The notes under the pieces are model-generated. The model did not search any database. It was not told where the DNA came from and was given only the letters and a program-made list of their open reading frames with translations. Below are positions 24,001 through 36,000 of a DNA stretch of 64,000 bases, piece by piece. Origin of the DNA: a virus (taxonomy: Duplodnaviria; Caudoviricetes). The stretch covers positions 96,001 through 160,000 of IMG/VR virus record IMGVR_UViG_3300005077_000001; one strand, given 5' to 3'. Position 1 is the stretch's first letter; each line of letters opens with the position of its first letter. The position numbers were made by a program, and so were the translations under genes.

Positions 24001-27000
24001 AACTTTAGGAAAAATGCTTTTCCTAATAAAATCAGTAGCAGATAGCTTTCTTCATGCAGGAGCTTCTGCTTTTAGCTTCGTGCATACTGCTGCTAGATTA
24101 ACTTCCCTTTTTAGTATTGGGGCTTTCATTAGTAGCGGGTTTAATCCTACAGCTTTACTTCCTCTTCTTGTAACTAGAGGACCTGTACTCGGTTGGGGTG
24201 CTAGAAGGATGTCTAATCTGATGAATCAAGGTACTGAGGGGATACTAGAAAAAGTCTCTTCTCCTACTGGGTTATTAGGCATTGGCTTAACTTATGTCTT
24301 AACTAGGTTAGCAGGTTTAAATACTGGTATGCTAAGTAGAGAAGGGATGGGTATTGGTGATACTATTAAACAACTATTCATTGGACCAGAAGCTGAATTA
24401 AATAGATACAAAGAGCAAACTGTTCAAATAGGGGGAGCTTCTACTCGCATATCTTATCTAAGTGATGTGCTTAAATCTTATACTGCTCTCAAAGGTCAAT
24501 ACAAGTCTTTATCTGAAATAGGTGTAAAGTTAGGGACTCCTGAAGGCATTACTTCTGAGGCCGAGCGAACATTATCATCTTTTGGGGAAGAAACTGGATT
24601 TAAACCATACATGGTTCGCTTATATGAGTTTAATAAACTACAAGAGGAAGCTAAGAGAAAAGCTGGTTCTTTGATTCCTTCTTTAGTATCTGGATTTGAT
24701 TTGTTTGGTAATTCTATACTTCAAGTTAATAAAAATTTCCGTACTAACATAGAATCTATGGATGAGCTACTAAAGAAAATACAAGACTTTGAAAAGATAC
24801 ACCTTGCCGGATTACAAATAGATAAACTATTCCCCGAAGCCAGCTTTGGACAAACATTTAGAAATACTTTAAAAGGACTAGTTGGAACTTTACCTTTTAT
24901 GGGAGAAACTTGGGCTGAGAAAATATTCCCCGCTACACCATACCAAAAACAGCAATCTATTTTGAAAGATATATCACGTTATCAGGGTATGCAGAATGCT
25001 GCATTAGCGACTGGATTACCTGTGCCTCCTTTTATCACTGATACTTTAAAAAATCTTAATAATAAGTTAAAAATGGTTAATTCAGAATTAGATTCGGAAT
25101 TAGCAAAGATTAAAGATACTATTGCTGATCTTAATGTGAAGACTCCTAAAGAGGTACTATCCGTATTATCAGATACTAAATTCGGGAAATATTTAGAAGT
25201 ATATGGTGGAAGAAATATGGATGTGCTTAATGCGGTGGCTGGATATAGAGGTATTTCTACACGGGATCTACAGAAGCAGCTAGTTCAGGATACTACAAAG
25301 TATGAATATATGCATATTGATAAACAGCCTGGTATTGCAAGTATCTTATCATTTCCTGCTTTCTACGGATTTTCTAGAATTCTATCTAAAGTTGTAGAGC
25401 ATTTTACTTCTCTTTCACTAGCTTCTTCTAATTTAGGAAAAGCTCTATTGCTTGCAACATCTGCAGCCGCAAGTTACCATTTTTTTGGAACACCTGAACA
25501 TTATTCATTAATGAAAAGTAGACCAACAGTTGAAGATACTTTAACTCCAGCAATTAATAATGTTAAAAATTTATTACCGTATATTACAGCTATTGGAACA
25601 TACAAAGCATTAGGAGCTATAGGCGGAGGTGGAGGAACAATACCTCAAAGGATTGTGGGAGGATTAGCGAGATTAGGGGTATCCTACTATATGTATGGGG
25701 TGGGAGGGAGATTAGCAGAAGGGATACCAAATCTACCTACAGAATCAGATAGAGTAAGAGGTATTAAAAATGAAATAGCGCAACGTCAGGCTTGGGAATT
25801 AGCAATGGGTAAATTAGGTATTGCTAAAGAAGCCATATATGGGCCTCCAGGTACTTTAGGGGCTATGCTGCCATTAAATGTTATTGCTGCTCAAAACCCA
25901 CTAGGCAGGTATGCTGTTCGTACAACTGCTCTGAATGAAGAAGATAGAAAATTAGCTGAAAAAAGAATGTTTTCTGGTCCTGGTTGGAATGGTGGAGCCT
26001 ACGGGGTAGGTGCCGGATGGGTAGGCAAAGTATTAGAAGAAGAACTAAATAAGCTGTCAGGAGTATCTGAGGGTGATGTTGTCATGATGGCAGAACTCAC
26101 TGATGTGGCTAAGAAGAGAGAGAATATTGTAAATAATTTACTACCACTAATTTATAGACGTAATAAAGCAGGTGAAGTAGTTCCTACCGTACAAGCTCAA
26201 AGGGAAGGTGAAATTCAAGCTTCAGAAATACAAATAAAACCAGAAGATTTAAAATTTCTATATTCACGTGGCCCAGGAGCAGCAGTTGATATGCGTACGG
26301 CATATGATCAGTTGAGGCGTACCTTAATTGGTGGTGCTGGTGCTGGGAAATACTGGACTCTAAGTGGAGCAGAGAAATTACAAATGGGGGTAGATTTTAT
26401 TTGGCAAGTACATGGATATGACAAGGCTATCACAAATCTATCAAAAACTTCATTAGTTATACATGAAATAGAAAAACAATTACAGGCTTTTTCTAAAGAA
26501 CAAATAGAAACAGCTCGGGCTCAAAACGATTTAAACAAAGTAATGGACGTAATTTTTGAGCATCGCAAATTGACATTCTTAGTTAGAATGAACCAAGAAT
26601 GGGAGAACTTAAAGAACACTATTGGTGAAATAGATTTTAAACGTCAAATGAGCGATGTTGATGAGTTTGCTACTATGCTAGAAAAAAGAGCTGCTATTGG
26701 ATTAAAAAGCATTTCGGCTGGCTTACCTCCTCAGGTTCCAATGGTAGCAAGTTGGAGTCAACTATCTCCAGAAGAACAAAAGTCTGTTCTAAGTCCAGAG
26801 TATACAGGCACAGCAAAATTAGCATGGGAAGTACAAAAATATCAAACTGATACAGCAGCAAAACTAAGAGCTACTCTAAGAACTGAACAAACAGGGGTTG
26901 CTTTATATGAGCAATTGAAAGAGGATTTAGGGCCTAATCTGAATGTGGCATTAAGTGGTAGAACTAGAAGAGCCCTCCAAAGTGATTTTGGTAGTAAAGT

Positions 27001-30000
27001 ATCTCCAGATAGAGTTTTTTCTGAGATACAGAGAAATCTATTAAGTGCTAATCTAACGGAACAGATGAAAGTAAATCAAGGTGCTTTCAATCTGAGTAAT
27101 CAAGAATTAGTAAATACGGTAGCAACTAATATGTCTCAAGTACGTGAGATTCAGAAGAGAGTTGCGGAAGGAGCTAAAGATCCTAAGATACTTGAAATGG
27201 AAGCAGATCTAAGAACAAGAAATGCTCAGATGTGGGTTAATGAACTAAAAAATAGACAATCAGTTTCACCAGAGGATTTTTCAGGGGTTAGTAAAGAATT
27301 ACTTGAAGGTTTTATTCATGAAATGGAAACTGAGGCAAAAAAACCGTTACCCTTTAGCTGGTGGAGATTATTGAACCCATGGGCATCGAATGAACCTGCA
27401 ATGCAAGCACAGAAAGCTAAGGATTTATTAGCAGCTAGACCAGAATCTACTTTTGATAAACCTATTGAAATGTTGGGGTCTATAGCTAGTTTATGGGTTG
27501 GAGAAAAAGTAGCTGGATTAATGTTTAAGCAAACTGGTCCGGCTGGGCTAGAGCAATTAGTTAAAAATATGGATAAAAGTAAGACGTGGGAGAGGGAAGT
27601 TATGCTAACTCAATCCCAATTTTTACGAGATATAGCAGAAAACACAGGTAAATTAGCAGGGACTCCTTCTCAGTCATATGGGCCTGGTACAGTACCAGGA
27701 CGTGGAAGCTACTCAGTTTTAAGCTCAGGATTGCAATTAGCTGGAGCTACAGCGGGTGGTTTTCTACTTTATTCTCTTGGTCAGCGTTTATCACAATCTA
27801 CCAGTACTGTTGGTAGTGCAATTGGGTCTTTAATCAATTTATTATTTAAAACAGCTAATGCAACAGGTACTTTTGGTAAGTGGTTAGGAAGACTTGGTCC
27901 TATTATGTCTGGTTTAGCGACTGCATACGTAGCACACCAATCTGGCATTGGTAAAGTGGATTCACTTATTGGAGGTGCATTAAATGCAGGTTCTGCTGCA
28001 TTAGGAGGTATAGGCTTAGGATTAATACACCCTGCTTTAGCAATTCCTGGTGGAGTGCTTGGTAGCATGGTAGGTAGTGGTTTATCAGATCTTTATTATC
28101 GTATTAGAGGGTATGATTTAAATGCAATAAAGGGAGTCGAAGGACAAGCAGCTTCTCCTGGACAGGAGTTAACTAATCCATATGCAAATATGCAAAGCAT
28201 ACAAGCCAATGTGCCTGATAGTATGTATAGTACTTTGGCGCGTATCGCTACTACAGGACTTGTTGCGGGGGCAGTTAAATCTAATGTTTTTGATGTGTAT
28301 TCTGAATATCGTAAACGTGGGATGGAAGAAGAAGTTGGAGCATTCCAATTAACTGCTGTTGCTCAACTGATTGGTCGCGATAAAAATGTGAATACTAAAT
28401 TCAAAGAATTTATAGAGAGTAAAGACTTAAAAAATAAAGATGAGCTATCCAATTTTATTAAACAAGCCGAAAAAGAAATGGGTCTTGGTAAAGAACCAGC
28501 AAATAGAGAAAATTTTCAAACTGATTTACAAAAATTTATTAATAATCTAGTGTCACAATTAAAAGAAACTCCTGAATTTCTTAATGAATTTGCTGAATCT
28601 ATCTCTTTTACAATGGCTAAGATGAATGAGTTTGCTGAGGGACTTAGATCAGTATCAACTACTTTAGGTGGATTACATGCTATTTCTAGAACAGTTCCTT
28701 ATGAGTTGGAAGCTAATGCTCCTAGATTTGGTTTCTTAGCCGGTCGTGGTGGTCCTGAGATATCCAGAGAGAAAGAGTTATGGCAATTATCTCCTACCGA
28801 TCTTTTTAAGTTAAGAGATACACAAGGTTTATATACTAAATATGTAACAGTACAAAAACAATTATCTGAATCTGGTAATTCTTGGGTAAAAGCAGTAGAG
28901 GATTATAATAAACAACAACGGGATATGGCTGCTCCTATTTTAGGAATTAGATATGAACTAAATAAAACAAAAAGGAATGTAGATCCAAAATATAGAGAAT
29001 TCATAGATGATTTAGCTAAATTCGTTGAAAATCCAGATCGTAATAGAGCTGAAACCATAGATTTTAGAAAAAGAGCAGTTGAATTAGAAGAGGCCGGGAT
29101 CAAAATAAAAAGATATAATTTAACTTGGAATAAAATTATGGAGGGGCAATCTCCTCGTAAACAGTTTGAAGCTTATTTTTCTGAGGAATCAGCTAACACA
29201 AGAATAAAACAACTACAAGTAGAATCTGGTACAGCTTCTAATCCAGAACAAGCAAAAGAATATGCTGCAGCAGCTGAAAGATTACGTGCTGAAGTTGAAA
29301 CTAAAAAGAAAGAAGAAGGGCAAAGTCCGCTTAGTTTATTCAGAGATGTGATGGTTAATTTAGAAAAAGAAGGAGGATTACTCAATACAATAAAGAATGC
29401 TAAAGAGCAAACTCTTCAAATCACAAAAGCATATATAGATTTAAATACGCAAATAGATTCAGAAATATTAAAAACAGAGCATTTAAATAAACTATATACT
29501 ACTAGATATGAACTTTTACAATCTATAATTTCATTGAGGCCTGGGGGATCTATAATTGAAGAAATTAAACGGCAAGGGCCTCTATTTGGACCATTGGCAG
29601 GTACAACTCCTTGGTCACAAAATGTTATTCCAGAGAATCTTGGAAAACCTTTTTCTTATGAAAACTACATGTCAGTTCTTTATCCACAACTCTCTGAGGA
29701 AATGACTTCCATACAAAGAAGAAAAGACGCTATATCAAAAGCAATGCAAACAGCTGCTCAGGAATCAGAAAAAGCTCAAACTGGAGAAACATTTTATAGG
29801 GAAGCTTTATCCGCTGTTACTACTGGTAAAGGACCTATGGATATATTGCAATTACAACCTAAAGGTGCAATGCTGAAACAGGCCATTTTTGAAGATACTA
29901 AACGAATGCGGGAAGAGCTTAAAGAGTCTAAAGAAACTAAAAAAGACTATGAGAAACAAATGGCTGATCTTAAGATACCTGCTGGATTCAAAGAGAGTGA

Positions 30001-33000
30001 TAGTTATAAAACATATATGACAACCAAAAAGAATATTGCAGATGTAGAATCCCTAATGCCGCTTATAGAGGATGTTAAGAAAACTGGTGCTGACTCATCT
30101 TTACGCTTAAAGGAAACTTTAGTTAAGACTTCCCCAGAAGCAAAGAAGTTAATTGAATCTAACCAACTATGGGATATGACTCCTGAACAGGCACTAAATC
30201 ACTTAAAGAAAAAATTACAGATAAATCAAAAAGAGTTAGCTAAACAGCAATATCAAGGTCAGCCAGTGTCTGATATAGGGGAAAAATTAGATAAATATGA
30301 AAAATTAGCGGGATACAAAAATATCAGGCAGGCTAGGATAGAGCAATTAGAGGAAGACATCAGCAAAAAGCAAGAAGAAGTGGATATTGTTAATTTACTT
30401 AGTAGCTCTGATTTATCTAAGATAGACCAAGGTGTAATAGACTACATAAATGCTAAAATTAAAACATATGCTGACCAAGCAGAACGTGCAAGTAAAGATG
30501 AAACCATGTTTCATGCAGATGGGAATAATTTAATTAAAGAATCAATGTCTAAAGTGATGCAAGTTCTAGGTAAATCAATAAAAGCTAGATTATTTGCTCT
30601 ATCAGATCAACTTAATTATGAATTTGATAAAATAAAATTTACTCCTGCTTTAGAATTAGGGGCGATGAGATCTCCTCTTACGGGAATAACTGCAGGTCTT
30701 CCCCTGATAAATCAACCAGATATTGGTAGAACCTGGAGAGAAGCTTCTTCTGCAGAAAGAGTTCTTTATTCTAATCCTGGTTTGTCAATGGCTAGACAAG
30801 AATTAGAAAGAATGACTCAAGCAAATATTTCACGAGTAGAGGGGTATATGAGAGATAGATCTGAGGCACAAGCTCAAAATGAGCGTATTAAAGAGCAGGT
30901 CGAGACTTTTAGTAAATCTGGAAGATTAACTCCTCAAGCAGAAGAAATGTATAAAGCAAGTATAGAAAAAAATAACGAATATATTAAAGAATTAAATAAA
31001 AAAATAGAAGATTTAACGGAATCTATTGATAAAAGTAGGAATAGTGAAATAGCTTCAGACTATAGAAGAAGTATGTGGATTGATGCTATACGAAAGCAAT
31101 TAGAAGACTTGGGAGTTAGATTTAAGGAATCCATTATTAATTTTGGGTCTGACTTGAAGAGTGCAATAAGAAAGTCTCCCGTTATGGGGCCAATGGCAGG
31201 AGTAGCTTATATTGGAGAACCTCCAAAGTCTCCTAGTATATGGGAATTATCTGCTGGCCAATTAACATCAATACAGTATCCTGGTATATACCAGCAGGGT
31301 ATGGCAGCACAAAGACAAAAAGAAGCAATAGATGTTTATATGAAAGGTATAGAAACAGCTATTTCGCAAAGACAATCCGAGTTAGAAATGGCTAAAACTC
31401 CTCAAGATGTAGAAAAAGCAAAAACAGAATTAAAAGAACTCATGGCAAAATACGATGAGGTGGAAGCAAAGTATGGTTCTCAAATTGATAGCCTAAATTC
31501 AACGATAGCAGAATTAGAGAGGTTTAATATTGCTTCAGAAGGAACTAAAACAGCATTAGAAGCAATGTACACTTATCTAAGAGCTATCGCTGATATTAAA
31601 GCGAGACGGGATTTGGGATATCTTACCTCTCCGTTCTCTGGAGCGATGAGAGGAGTCCCTGAGGCAAATTTTGAAATTGGGAAGAATGAATGGGAATTAA
31701 CAGGTAGAGAGGTTGTAGCAAAATATTCTCCTAATTTAGCCCAAGGAACAGCTGATTGGCAATCCTCTTATAAAGCTTTGGCACAAGAAGCAACGAAAGT
31801 GGGATCTGCTAGGAATTTAGCACTTCTTGAAGCTCGTTTTTCTGGAGATCCTAAAAAGCAAGAAGCTTATTTAGCAAAAGCTACGTCATTAGATGCGGCA
31901 TACCAGAAAATGACTAAAAGCCTAGAAGAGCAAAGACCTAAGATAGAGGCTCTAAGTGAAAGATTAAAAGGTCTTTCAGCGGCTGGAGAAGTAGCCACAA
32001 AATTTGAACAACTAGCTCGTCAATTGTATGTGTTAAAAGAGACAAATTGGGGATTAGACTATATTTCTTATCAAGTAGGAATGGGTAAATTTCCTGGTTC
32101 ACTAGAACGAGCTAGAATGGATGAATCAACAGGTATGCTTCTACCTGGGTTAGGTACTCCAGGTATGAATTATACCCCAATAATGGAATCTAGAGCATCT
32201 GGCTATGACGAGTTTGGAAATGTGAAATACGAAGACGTACCTCAACCAATGCAGCCGGGAAGCAGGTTATGGCAAGAAGCTATTTTACATCCTGGGAAAG
32301 CATCCTACTATAATTGGCTTGCTAAGGAAGAACAAACTAAAGCATTACAAGATAGAGAAGATCAGAAATTAGAGCAACAAAAAGGTATAGCAAAGCAAGC
32401 TCAGACATCCATTGTAGAAGCTCTTTATGAGCCATCTCTTCCTGAAGGATTTAGAGAAGTACTAAATAAACAGAGATCTAAATTAGAAGAAGATTTGAGA
32501 AGAGCAAGTGAAATAGAAGAAGTTGGGCCTGATAATATTTTGAAAAGGAGAGGCTTTAAATCTTTAAATGATCTTAAGGGTTTATCAGATGCCATAAAAA
32601 ATGCACTTAAAGCCGAAGATAGAAAATTAGAAGCTACTTATATATGGATGCCTATAGTAGATGCTATTAGAGATTTACATGGTGCACTAACAGGTGAAAG
32701 ACCTGAAGGAAGCAAAGAAGAACAAAGAATGCGCGCATTCTACAATAATCCAGAACAATATTATTATTCAAAAGCAGCACAACTAAGCCAGCATTATATG
32801 GGACAAGAAGGTACAAGTGTAATAGAAAATACTAATTTAACTAATACTTTATCCTCTATAGAAAGTAAACCTTACAGTATACCTGTTGGTCAATATGCGG
32901 GTTATCAAAGCAAGTTAGGTTCAAGAGATACTAATGAGATATTAAAATCTATATTAGAGGTGTTAATAGGGTGTTGCAGAGAAGGTAAAGTTGGTTCTGG

Positions 33001-36000
33001 GAGATCATCAGGAACATCTGATACAGGAAAAGAAAGATCGCCTATAAGCCAAGATTCAGGCAGCGCATCTGGGAGTGCAGGTGTACAAACTTTTGACTAT
33101 GGTACTCCAGATTATCAAAAACTAGTTCCAGTAGGAAATACTGCCTATTCTGTTGGCTCATCCACCACTAAATCTTCTACTTCTGCCGGTTCTGGATCAG
33201 TTCAGTCTTGGGTAAAAAGTGATGGTACAGTTGTGGGAGTACCAAAAACCCAAGTAGATGCAATGTCCTATTTGAAACATAGAGGCTATCCTGATGAGAA
33301 ATTAGATGACATTGCTGAAAGATATAAACGTCCTTTACCTATAGGAGATTATTCTACCGATAGTGTTATGATGGCGGCATCTAGAGCTTATGCTAGTACT
33401 GGAAAGTACTTTAGGCCTAGTGAAGCCTATAATAGTGATTTTGATTGGAGAGTTAGACAAGAAGGTAGTCTTCTTGATATTGGAATATCTAGACTTAGCG
33501 ATAATAGGTTCCTATATTCTGATATTAAAGCTCAGATGGAATCTGGTAAAGGAGCTGGTTGGCTTGATTCAGAATCTAGATTAGCTCTAATATTAGCGCA
33601 TGCTCCTTCTCTTAACATAGGGGGCAGACAGACTGTAATAGGGGAGTCTAATCCTTTAAGTATGGCGTTTGTTAATCTCTCTAAAGCACGTATGGATCAA
33701 ACTGTTGCCCATGAATTATTTGGACATGGTATGGAGACTTTAGGTGCAGCTGAATTACGTGGGGAACAAGGTATTTCAATTGGGGCGACACCACGAGTTG
33801 AGTATCTATCGAAAGTATTAGAATTGATAAAATCTCAAGTAGGTGAAGCTCCATTTAGAACAATTACTAATCAACTAATTAAAGATCCTCAGTTATATCC
33901 TGATTTATTCAAAGGGCAAGGTAAAGAAATAGAAGATGCCTATGCTGCTTATGTGAATAGATATCCTCGTGGGAATGTTCCTACTTTAGAACTTCTAAAG
34001 ATGCAAGAGAAAGCAAATAAACTCCCTCTAGACTTATCTCCTAATTCTTCTAATTGGTCTCGTTTGACCGAATATATGGCAATGTTTGCTGAAGGAGAAA
34101 ATACTCCTTATGGAATACCTACTGAAACTTGGCTTCGTGTGGTACGTAATGTTTCGCCTAGACATTTCGAAGGAGTAGATAAGTTCCTATCTTCTAGATT
34201 TGCTAATGATAATCTATCTGATTCTGAATTAATGAAAGAATATAGAATTGCAATTAATAAAATTAAATCAGAAGTTTATACCCCTGCTCATTTAGTAGAA
34301 CAAAAAGAAGTCACACAACCAGTTGTTAGCCCAATTGATAAAACGTTAGCTTCAATTGGAAGAATTCCAGATTTAAATTGGAAAGTATTTTCTGATGAAT
34401 TTAAAGAACGAAATAAGATAGGAATGGGTGACAAACTAACCAAACTATTTAATAATGTAGGCGATAGTATTAAAAAAGTTGTGTTAGGAGATGATACAAA
34501 AGTAGCTTTACAGAAATTTCAAGGTGTTGTAGGAGCAGTAGAAGTTGAAGAAAATAAGTTTACAAACGATTTATCAAAAGCTTTAGAATTAAGATCTAAC
34601 GTTATTTCTCAAGTCCAAGAAAGTATAGGCTTAATAAAAAGCAAACGAACACCCTTAGTTAGTAGTCCCCTCATTAGAAAAGATTTGATTGGAGCAGGTC
34701 CAACTGGTGTTGAGTTACTAGAAAATGAAAGACAAACTGGAGAGTTAGTTTCCAACATTATAGCAAGCAATCTTTCTAAAGCCTATCAACTTCCTTTTAC
34801 GGATAGGACTAGAAAGCTATTATCTAATGAACAAATTGATATGGGGTATAAAAAAGATTTACTCAATCTTACTCCTACGCTACCTATGATAGAGGAAAAT
34901 CAAAAAGACGAATATAAAAATAAATTGTTTATTCCTATAATGAAATCTCCATACTCTGAATTAGCTAGAAAATTTTCCAATGAGGCACAAGCACACCCTG
35001 AAGTAACTTCAGAAGCCATACCATTAAGAAATGAAGTATTTTCTATCACAAAAGAAATGGCTGGTACTGGACCTACTGATGTTTCCTTGGATACAAATGA
35101 ACCTGTAGACTACACATCTCCAGCAGGAGTAATACCTTTTGTATCTACTCAAGGATATCAACGGACTTTACCATCCTCAAATCTTCCTTTTATGATGGGG
35201 CTATTTAGAGGAAGAACTAATGAGCCTTTTAAATTTGATGGAGGGTCATCTTTATTACCAGGTGTTGATAGACGTGTAATGTTACCAGAAATTAAGGATA
35301 AATATCCTTCAATGCTTAAAGCTTTTACTAATATGCAATCTCCTATATACCATTATAAGGGTATAGCTAAATGGAATGAAGGAAAACCATATATCAATAT
35401 ATATAATTCTGATAAGATATCGCTAGAAGAATTTTTAAAAAGGGCTAAACACGAGATAAACCATTTAGTATTATATAGATTATACACTTCTCTAAATAAA
35501 GAAGAAAGAGATTATTTAAAAACAGAATTGGAAACTACACCTTTCTCAAAAGATTTTCTTCCAGACATAGTTGATATGGTAATAAAAGGAGCTGGTGGAT
35601 TTAAAATAGGAAAAGAGTTATTAGCCATGTCCACTGAACGAGGATTAATGTCTGATAGTCCTATATTAAGAAGATTACAAGAAATCACATTATCGATTTA
35701 TAAAAAACATGAAGCAGAATTAAAAGATGTTCATAAGAAAACTATGTCTGGCTCTTCTTCTTTGTTTGATTTATCAACAGCAAAATATATATTAGAAGAT
35801 ATTAAATCAGATCCTTTAAAACAATCTTTGGGCGCAGGTGCCGAAGGTAAGATATATACAAGTCCTAAATACCAACATTTAGCTGTAAAGGAATATGCTC
35901 AACCAATATTTGGATATCAAGATTGGTTAGATCGTGGAAATGAAATAATGCAGAGATTGCACGGTACGTCTCTATTTCCAGAAACATCTTTAAATTATGA

